IMG/VR virus record: IMGVR_UViG_3300035698_027074
Strand: one strand, 5' to 3'
Source of the DNA: a virus
Taxonomy: Duplodnaviria > Heunggongvirae > Uroviricota > Caudoviricetes
Length of the DNA stretch: 64,000 nt
Position 1 is the first letter of the stretch. Every line of letters begins with the position of its first letter. The notes beneath the pieces are model-generated. The model ran no database searches. It was not told the origin of the DNA and worked only from the letters and a program-made list of their open reading frames with translations. Positions 55,736-64,000 of the stretch are shown here, piece after piece. Position numbers and translations under genes: made by a program.

Positions 55736-55915
55736 TTATTCACCATTTTAACATTTAATTAATGTTTTATTAATAAATTATTAACTTTCTAGTTTAAATA
55801 CTTTTCTTTCCTTTAGAATTCTCAAATTTTCTTAAAAGAAATATATATCCGATGAATAATAGTAACAAAATAAATGTTAATATCCATGCTCTTGGGTCTG
55901 TTGGAAATCCTTCTA

Positions 55916-56137
55916 TCATTTCACCACATCCATTTTCTTCCTAATACGATTTGTTCCTATGATACTCATCTGTTTGTCAGCATGTTCTTTACAATAATAT
56001 CCTTTCACATCTGATAATGGGTGAATGAGTATATCAGTTGCCTTTTTATGGCAACAGTGGTCTTTCGTCCCACGTTCTACGGCTTTATATTCACATTCTA
56101 TACACTGCATGTTACACACTGACCACAATTTGGACAT
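55916..56137 (-). CDS. Small zinc-finger protein (73 aa)
   Basis: CNMQCIECEYK...HCCHKK...YCKEH. Confidence 0.35.
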   Translation of the reverse strand: MSKLWSVCNMQCIECEYKAVERGTKDHCCHKKATDILIHPLSDVKGYYCKEHADKQMSIIGTNRIRKKMDVVK

Positions 56138-56715
56138 ATTCTTCCATTAGTTTCACAACCACAGTTTGGACATATTTTCGGATTCATAATTTATACCTCA
56201 TATTATCTCTATTTAATTAATTTTTTTCCAATAATTATTTTGTTTGATTTTGATTTCTGAAAATTCAAAGTGTTTTAGTAGTATTGTAAAAGATAAGAGG
56301 ACTGTCATCATTAAACCTACTACAATACCTTCTAAAAATGTGAAAAATATTGTTATAAGAAATATTGGATAAAAAATTTCAATATTACCTATCCTTACAA
56401 ATAGATAATCAATTATTCTCATTCCACCACCTCAAATATTATTGTGTCTTGGTCCGAACAGTATTTCTTTCCTCCAATATAACTACATTCCATCTCTGGT
56501 TTACAATAAAATGTAGATGTTCCATAGTAATCATCACATTCCATCTCAACCTTTCTACAAAAACTTTCACATAAATCTCTTGATGGATTTAAGTCTGTAC
56601 TTTCAGATGTTTCAGATGTTTCATTTGAATTTGGTAAATTAAAAAATGTCATTAAAAGTGGTGTCATTGTAACCACCATCATTATAACTAACCCATTCCT
56701 TTCCAACCAACCCAT

Positions 56716-57225
56716 TTAAACACCTGCCATTACCTTTAACTCGGATATTTTTCCTTCCATCTCATCTGGTTCTGTAACTGTCCTTCTTAAAACAGTCAAT
56801 TTCTCCCCTAGTATTCTCAAGTCTTCATCCATTCTATTCGCCTCCCTCATTACATATTCTATAAATCTTTTTGGGGGTTTATAGTTATGTACTTCCATAT
56901 AATGAAAAATCATTCCTGGGAAAATATATTCAATTTTATTCTTATAATCTGGTAGTATTTTCTCACGACTACTTTTATGTGGTTCTTTCCCCTCTGTTAT
57001 ACAAAATTCACACTCATGAAACCCTAGTGTCGCTATCATTGGTCCTGTTTCAAAAAGTTTTCTTAATTTTTTAACAAACTCTTCTGATACATCTCCCTTT
57101 TCATATTCTTCAGTTACATCCAACCAACCCACAGCAACAGTCTTAAATAATTCCTCCTTAAACCCCTCTTTTCTCATTCTCTCTTTTAATTTGTTGTGTA
57201 TGTTCTCTACTTCTTTATTATTCAT
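56716..57225 (-). CDS. Hypothetical protein (169 aa)
   Basis: ORF track. Confidence 0.4.
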   Translation of the reverse strand: MNNKEVENIHNKLKERMRKEGFKEELFKTVAVGWLDVTEEYEKGDVSEEFVKKLRKLFETGPMIATLGFHECEFCITEGKEPHKSSREKILPDYKNKIEYIFPGMIFHYMEVHNYKPPKRFIEYVMREANRMDEDLRILGEKLTVLRRTVTEPDEMEGKISELKVMAGV

Positions 57226-57671
57226 TCTATCACATCCTTATCTAAATTTTCATTCTTTTCTTTCAAAGAATTGAATGCTTTCTCATCTTCGTCCAGTGAC
57301 ATATCATTTTTTGAAGTGGTTTCTTCTTCAAATTGTTCCATTGAAAAATCAAGAAATGTTTTCCAGTCTTCCAACCACTCTTTCCAAATATTTTTGTGTC
57401 TGTTCTTAAGGAAATTGTTCATGTGTGTATATTTTATCGCATTCATTCTATTATAACCATCAAACCTCTGATACATAATCAGGTGTTCTATGAATGCAAA
57501 ATGTATTCCCCTATGACATCTATCACAAACGTCTATTTTCCAATGTTTCAATGAACATTTTGGATTAATTCTTCTCATTACACTCCATGGTATGACATGG
57601 TGTCTTGAAGTTGATTTATTTTTTTCACAAATTTGACATAAACCACCTATTGGCATGTTCTCATCCTCCAT
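57222..57671 (-). CDS. HNH endonuclease-family protein (149 aa)
   Basis: CQICEKNKSTSRHHVIPWS...VCDRCHRGIHF. Confidence 0.5.
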   Translation of the reverse strand: MEDENMPIGGLCQICEKNKSTSRHHVIPWSVMRRINPKCSLKHWKIDVCDRCHRGIHFAFIEHLIMYQRFDGYNRMNAIKYTHMNNFLKNRHKNIWKEWLEDWKTFLDFSMEQFEEETTSKNDMSLDEDEKAFNSLKEKNENLDKDVIE

Positions 57672-58066
57672 TTTTTAAACAATCTTTTAATTATATTATT
57701 AATAGAAACTTTACAACTTTTTGTGAGAGTATTTGATTCAAAAGTATTGAATAACCACTTTTCAATAACTGATATGTTATCATAAGATGTACATGTCTCC
57801 TTAGATTCTTCCCTCAACAACAAATGATGCATGAACTCATGAGAGATTACTGGTAAGACTAAATTTATTGCCATATTCCTATTTTTTTCATTCCAATTAG
57901 AAATACACATAAAAGCAGATTCTTTTGACCCCTGATAAGTTGCTAAGACAGATGTATCATTAATAAAATGTCTTATTTTTTCAAAAACCCCTGGATTACA
58001 AGAACTACAGTTTTTGTTTTTACAATGAATTTTTATTTCCATATGGTCTATTAACATTCTTATCAC
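57647..58066 (-). CDS. HExxH zinc metallopeptidase-like protein (SprT-like), 139 aa
   Basis: VISHEFMHHLLL (HExxH); Cys cluster CKNKNCSSC. Confidence 0.4.
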   Translation of the reverse strand: MIRMLIDHMEIKIHCKNKNCSSCNPGVFEKIRHFINDTSVLATYQGSKESAFMCISNWNEKNRNMAINLVLPVISHEFMHHLLLREESKETCTSYDNISVIEKWLFNTFESNTLTKSCKVSINNIIKRLFKKWRMRTCQ

Positions 58067-58485
58067 TCTGACAAAATTTTTTGTATTAGTTCTTCTTTTC
58101 GTTTTTCTATTTCAAAATCTAAATCAATCGTGTCTAACATCTTCTTAGCTAGTATAACAGCTCCTTCGTTTGGTTTGTGTTTTATAATTGAACCATCATC
58201 CACCTGATAACTACATACTTCTTTAGTTTCTCCATCTATCCTTTTGGTACTTCTTGCTAAAATTGGATTCCCATTGATTGAAATCACCACACTAATCATT
58301 ATATAAACTCCAATAATTTTTTGGTTTAATTCCTTCATTTGCAAATTTTGTAATAACTGTAGACATTACAAAAGCCAAAGACGTGAAAAATACTGTCCTG
58401 AATATTCCCCAGAATGTTCCTTCATGATTCATAGCCAACCCTAAATAAGAACTGACCATCATTATCACAAATAAATTTGCCCTTT

Positions 58486-59142
58486 TCAACATTCCCACCT
58501 ATCACTAACCTCATGTAGTAGTTGAGCAAATAGATATGCAATTTCTAATTTTCCACCACAATATTCAGCCATTCTATTTTCTTTGACTTTTAGATGTTCA
58601 CCATCTTTTTCAAATTCAGGTTCAAATTTTGTTTTATCCTTGTTAATCACACACATTGGATATTTTTTCTTTAATATCTCTCTCTGCTTATTTTCAATAA
58701 TTTTGATGAAACTTTTCCTAAAAGTTTCTAGTCCTCTATGGACAACCACCTCTTTAGGTGGGGTGTTTAGACTCTTTGTTTCTCCTTTTCCTGTTTTCGG
58801 ATTATATTCATACCAATTATCCCCTACTTTCAAATCTTCTTTTTTATCTTTCTCACATTCTTCTATTGTGAAGTCCATTATCATATCCCAATGTATATTT
58901 ACATCGTTGTCTATTGCTTTCTTTAATTTCTCTAACACTCTCTTTTTTATCTCAGTTTTGTTGAAACTTTTTCTAAAAGTTTCTAGTCCTTTAGGGACAA
59001 CCACCTCTTTAGGTGGAGTATATCCTATCTTTCCAAACTTTTCCATTTGATAATCAACAAATAATCCTTCATCCATTACTCTAAGTATTCTCTCCAATAC
59101 TGCTCTTAAACATTTTATTTCTTGTAATTCTTCTTTATCCAT
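58486..59142 (-). CDS. Hypothetical protein (218 aa) containing an internal 54-nt tandem duplication
   Basis: Protein repeats YTPPKEVVVPKGLETFRKSFNK and NTPPKEVVVHRGLETFRKSFIK; DNA repeats at about 58708-58762 and 58963-59016. Confidence 0.45.
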   Translation of the reverse strand: MDKEELQEIKCLRAVLERILRVMDEGLFVDYQMEKFGKIGYTPPKEVVVPKGLETFRKSFNKTEIKKRVLEKLKKAIDNDVNIHWDMIMDFTIEECEKDKKEDLKVGDNWYEYNPKTGKGETKSLNTPPKEVVVHRGLETFRKSFIKIIENKQREILKKKYPMCVINKDKTKFEPEFEKDGEHLKVKENRMAEYCGGKLEIAYLFAQLLHEVSDRWEC

Positions 59143-59150
59143 AATGACAC

Positions 59151-59501
59151 CTACGGTTTTGTGCTTTCCTCATCATCTATTTTCCATGTGCGGTATTCTA
59201 CGCTAAATTCTTTTGATAGTTTATATTTTTTATTACAACTTCCACAATCTATTACTTGTTCATCGTTAGATAATTCCCAAGCATCTTCATCTATATCTCC
59301 ACAATGAGGGCATATTGCTCCAAAACTAGAACAAGCCTCTCCATTTTCTATTGCCATTTCACTTTCTCTTATTATATCTTTTAATCTTTCTTCTTTCATA
59401 TTACACCAAATACATATCCCTCTCCAAAATTTATCCATATTAGTTTTTGTGTCGTTTATTTTTCCACATTTTGGACATGGTACTTTCTTTTCTTTATCCA
59501 T
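59151..59501 (-). CDS. Multi-zinc-ribbon protein (116 aa)
   Basis: CPKCGK...CIWC...CPHCGD...CGSCNKK. Confidence 0.4.
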   Translation of the reverse strand: MDKEKKVPCPKCGKINDTKTNMDKFWRGICIWCNMKEERLKDIIRESEMAIENGEACSSFGAICPHCGDIDEDAWELSNDEQVIDCGSCNKKYKLSKEFSVEYRTWKIDDEESTKP

Positions 59502-61856
59502 CTATATCAACTCTCATCCATGTTCCAACCAATATTCCTATACAAATTCCAATTACTACGAAAAGAGTATAAATAAAATAAATTTTATCCATCTAATATC
59601 TCCTTCTCACCTATGACCAATAACCTATATATTAGACTATCCATGTTTTTCATTCCAGATTTAACCTTTAATATAGTCAATCTAGACCAAGTATTATCTT
59701 CTATTGATATTGTTTTCATTTACTTCCTCTCTTTAATATAATTTCAAATCCACCTAAATTTTTAAAAAGCATGATCCAAGAAATTACAAATAAAATATTC
59801 GTTAAAAGAAATAATCTTGTTTCAAAAAGAATACCTGAACTAAACCCCAATAATGCTGTTAAACTACACCAAACTAAACCCATTGTTTTTTTACTCATAT
59901 TTCCAACCTCTCTTTTAGTTTTCATTTTTCATCAACTTAACAATTGTTTTAGTTTAAAAATATCATCATTGTTATCAAACAATATACCACGTCTTCTGAG
60001 TTCATGTTTAATATCAACTCTATTTTTAGCTAATTCCATTTTATCTAGCCATTTTAGAGTTTCTTCTTCCATTTCTTCTTCTGTTTCAAAATCTATTTGT
60101 TTTTCAATCATTCAATCCCCACATTGTAAACAAACTCCATTTTTATGAATTAAATTTACTCCACATCTATCACACCATTCAAAAGTATATTTCTCAATTT
60201 TCTTACCAAATATACCGTACTTCCCTATATTCCATCCAATACCTAAAAACAATATCATAAAAAGAATTGAATCCCAAAAACAATTACAACTCATAATTCA
60301 CTCATCCCTTTTGACCCCTAATTTTCTTAAGTCTTTGATAAACATCACAACCATCTCTGCCATACATGGATTATTTTTTCTGAAATGATTAAATTCCTCT
60401 GTGTCTATCAGATCATCATAAGTTAGTTTTTTTCCTAAGATATTGTATTTTATTCTTATCCAATTCTCGAATATCTCATCGACAATCCTCTGTTTGTCAA
60501 TAATAGTGTTAGTGTCTTTGTCAATCAGACTCCTTCCTTCAATAAACAATTCATCCATAACAAATTAATAGATTAATAGATTTATAAGAATTTCTATATT
60601 TATTTAGTAGTGTCATTTTATACATTTCTTTATATTTTAGTTTTACTGTAATTATATTATGAAAAGAACATGGGGAACTATTAAGGAACAAAGAAAAAAA
60701 ACAAGAGCAAAACATCAATCTTTTAAAGAAACAAAAAGAATGAAAGGAGAAACAGCAGGAAGTTATCTTGATAGAGTAAACAAAAAATATTTGAAGAAAT
60801 TAAAATAAATAATCTTTTATATTCTCACTAGTCCATTTTCACATCTAAAGAGGAATGGAAATAATAAACACACTAACAATTTCTGGATAACACTAAGGTT
60901 TTCGTATTCTATTCCACAAATTTTAATTTTAGTCATTCAATCCCCGATTTTTTTTCTATTTCTTTAATTACATATCCTTCGTCTTTACAAGTATCCAAAA
61001 ATGACTCGTAAAGGGTCTTGACAACCAAATATTTTGTTGCTAAATTTAATCCCATACCACTAATAAAATCTATTACTTTATTACAAACATCTGTTAGTTC
61101 ATCGTCTGTTAGTGTTGTCTGTTGTTCATTAACCATTTTAATCATCCCACACTCATTATTAGATTAGGTTCACATTCACAAACCCAAGAGTGTTCTTGTA
61201 ACTGACCTTTAAATTCTCCCTCTGTTGGTATGTACCTTTTCATTGCCTTTTTACATACTGGGCATCGTGGTGTCTTTCCGTCTGGCATAAACATAATTTC
61301 TTTCATTTCCTTTTCTTTGTCCATTTTAATCACTACTGTTCTTTATTCAACTCATCTTGTCACATACTTTACCTATTAAGTCATGACCACAGGTAGTTTT
61401 ACCTTTTTTCCATTCAGTCAAAGCAACTTCTTCCCTTCTTTCATTCAAAAAATACTCAAAAAAATTTTCGTTTGTTGAAGCAAAACATAAAGCTTCATGA
61501 ATACAAAGCCAATCTTTTCTTGTTAATTCTCCAGTCATTCAACCACCTTTTCTATTGTTATTTTAACTTTTCCCTTCCATATATTTTTAGTGAATATAAC
61601 ATTTCTGTGAGTTTTTGTTTCAAAGCTGGTTTCATATAATCCAGCATGATTATAATCCGAACCATCTGCTTCTGCTAGGATTTCCTCTTTCTTATTCATT
61701 TTTACACCTTCCATTCATGATTTTTATCTGGGACAAATGTCAACCCACCAGTACTTGTAGTTCTTGAAACTAACCATCCACCAAATACTTTTAACCTCAC
61801 TAGTTTTATTGCACCACCATCATTTAATTCAATTGATTCCCAATCTTTTTCTTCTA

Positions 61857-62528
61857 TCATTTAATCACTTCCCAATTTTTTGTTGTATAGTTCCAGTAAT
61901 AATTATCTGGATTATGATAACAACCAATTAATGTACAACTACAAATTCCACCAGGAATACAACAACACCAATTACAATCTTGTCTAACACAACCTGCTAA
62001 TGTTCCATTTCTACTACAATCCATAGTTCCTCTACATCTATCTAAAATTGTAGTAGTTGTAGTTCCTATTGTTGTTGTAGTTGTTTTCAAACAAACATGG
62101 TTATCTAGAAATCCTCTTATCATTTCTAATCCATCGGTATCTGTATCATAAACATACCCACATTCCTTACATATCCATTTGTATCTAATTTCACCTTCAT
62201 CACCGTAATATGTTTCAAAGTGATATTCTTCTGAATAATCAAAATTCTCTTCTATTGTGGTTGTGGTTGTTGTTAAATTAATTTCAATATATACAATATC
62301 CCAAGCACTTGTCTGATTCTTTGGTAATTCTTTAAACCTATATTCTATACACACATCTCCGCAAATCCATCCACATTTACAACCAATACAAAATTTATTA
62401 CATGGTTCATAATGACAAACAGTAGTATATTCTGAACAATAAAAATCATCTAAAAAATCATCTAACTTAGTGCATCCACTCAGGAATAATATTCCAAGTA
62501 AACAAATTATCAATATTATTTTTTTCAT
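61857..62528 (-). CDS. Cys-rich lipoprotein-like secreted protein with poly-Thr linkers (223 aa)
   Basis: MKKIILIICLLGILFLSGCTKL (lipobox-like), 20 or more Cys, two TTTTT runs. Confidence 0.45.
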   Translation of the reverse strand: MKKIILIICLLGILFLSGCTKLDDFLDDFYCSEYTTVCHYEPCNKFCIGCKCGWICGDVCIEYRFKELPKNQTSAWDIVYIEINLTTTTTTIEENFDYSEEYHFETYYGDEGEIRYKWICKECGYVYDTDTDGLEMIRGFLDNHVCLKTTTTTIGTTTTTILDRCRGTMDCSRNGTLAGCVRQDCNWCCCIPGGICSCTLIGCYHNPDNYYWNYTTKNWEVIK

Positions 62529-64000
62529 TGTTCATCCTCTCCTATTAATAAACTAACAAATATGTAACAAAAACTAAAAAATGTTAATCCTGCACCTAAC
62601 GAAAAAATACTATTTATAACATCTAAACCTTCACACATTAAAAAAATCCCAACACCTAAAGTAATTGAAAATCCTAATATATCATCATCTTTCATTTTTA
62701 TCACGTTTATTTTTATTATTTGTCTTCTATCATGACCTCAGTCTTGTTCCAGTTTGCTCTTACAAATAAATCTACATTACCTTTCAATATTTTTTTAACT
62801 TTCTCAAGATTTTCTGGTAAGACCATCAATTCAAATTTATAAGCTTTTCTCATATTTATTTCACCCCTTTCTTTTTAACTTTTTTCTTCTTTGATTTTAA
62901 TTTTTTTTGTTTTAGTCTTTCTTTTTCTTTACTATCCTCCCATAATTCAGGATTAACCCAAATTATTATAATAAACATAGTATATAGTAAACTAAAAAAC
63001 AAACAATACCAAAAATTTAGTTTAAATTCAACAGTGCCTGCTCTTAATGCCGATAATACTCCAAATGCACCCAATAAATAAAATAAAAACCACATCGGAA
63101 CATCAACCATTGCAAATGTTGGTAATGGTATCATCATTTTTTTTCACCTCCTATTTTTATAGTTCTCACTCTAAATGTAGCAAAATTTCTATTAAGATGA
63201 TTTTTTATAGATTCTTCTATTTGTTTTTTTGTTATCTCTGGTATTTTTATAGTTCTATCCACTTTTTTCTCGATTACTTCTTTTGCAACTTTTTTAACTA
63301 TGATTCCTAACTCATAATGACTCCAATTTACTCTTGTTCTTATTACTTCTTCAATTATTTCTTTTAAACTTCCATCTGACATTTTATTTTTAATCTCTGC
63401 ATTAATTGTCTTCTGCATCTCTGTCCTAATCACACTTTTTATTTGAGATTTTATCATCTCTTTTGTAGATTTTCTCATTTCTTCATCGTTTATATTAATA
63501 GTTAATTTCATCATCATTACCTCATTTCAATGTTTTAATTTCCCAGTTTCCATCTTCACTTGGAATATCCACAATCTTAACTTGGTCTACATGAACTCTT
63601 CCTTCCAGACCAATTGTTGTCATATCCCAAAAAGACAGATACCTCTCTTTAATATCCTCTTTCGTTTTGCATCCTTTGAAGACCTCATTCTTTTCTGTGT
63701 CAATAAATTCTGTCCTGTATGCAATATCTCCTGTTTTCTCATCCATTCCTCTGGACCATATCTTTGTTATCACTTGTTTCACCTCAATCATTCACTTTTG
63801 TAATTAAATCTTCCATACCTTTATCATCATAATATCTACTAAAACGAACTCTTTTTCTTGTTTTCTTACCATTTGGATTATTTAATTTTTTTATCATTTT
63901 GTAATATTTATCCAATTCTTCATAATTCCTCTCACCAACTTTAGAATTATCAAGAATCTTAATTACTTCCATCATGATTTCACATTGTTTCTTCTTAACC

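Noticed and set aside
58583-59050. Plus-strand 155-aa ORF antisense to 58486-59142
   Set aside because: It is a shadow of the repeat-containing minus-strand gene. The repeats read sensibly (PPKEVVV...GLETFRKSF) only on the minus strand.
1-64000. The whole window being a viral or giant-virus genome fragment
   Set aside because: AglB, a Sec11 signal peptidase, PCNA, Alba, multiple tRNA isoacceptors with BHB-type introns, and a 30-kb surface-glycan island are more consistent with a cellular archaeal chromosome. Viral origin remains possible only for the 53-64 kb block.

Overview
This is an AT-rich window (about 30% GC), almost certainly from a small-genome archaeon. Several archaeal hallmarks occur together: eight tRNA genes of which four carry anticodon-loop introns, an Alba chromatin protein, PCNA, an AglB/STT3 oligosaccharyltransferase, a Sec11-type signal peptidase, Shine-Dalgarno sites (GGAGGT) before several starts, and T-rich terminators. 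Nearly all genes lie on the minus strand, are tightly packed, and many overlap by ATGA, so long co-transcribed arrays are likely. The centre of the window (about 9.6-43.9 kb) is a large cell-surface/glycosylation island. It contains AglB, two GT-C (ArnT/PMT-like) membrane glycosyltransferases, a DPM1-like GT2 with a small 4-TM partner, another GT2, a GT4, a UDP-galactopyranose-mutase-like flavoprotein, two class I SAM methyltransferases, an HprK-like kinase beside a small Cys/Gly/Ala-rich peptide, and six cobalamin-binding radical SAM paralogs, four of them in tandem. It is flanked by secreted/pilin-like proteins and a candidate S-layer protein. I consider this the most interesting and probably undescribed system in the window. 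Other notable items: a truncated aRF1-like gene (domains 1-2 only, GGQ replaced by GGMSQ) sandwiched between tRNA clusters and an HNH endonuclease; a partial vWA (possibly TROVE/Ro60-like) gene next to a repeat-bearing noncoding region and intron-containing tRNAs, with an ATP-dependent ligase-like gene nearby; a recurring roughly 30-nt promoter-associated motif at five sites; free-standing LAGLIDADG, GIY-YIG and HNH nuclease genes; a Doc-like toxin fragment; a standalone TFB second-cyclin-repeat protein; protamine-like basic proteins; an AsnB N-terminal remnant; and, from 53 to 64 kb, a dense array of tiny zinc-ribbon, lipoprotein, HNH and SprT-like genes that may be a degraded mobile element. 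All functional calls rest on motifs I recognise by eye in the six-frame translations; no database search was run.
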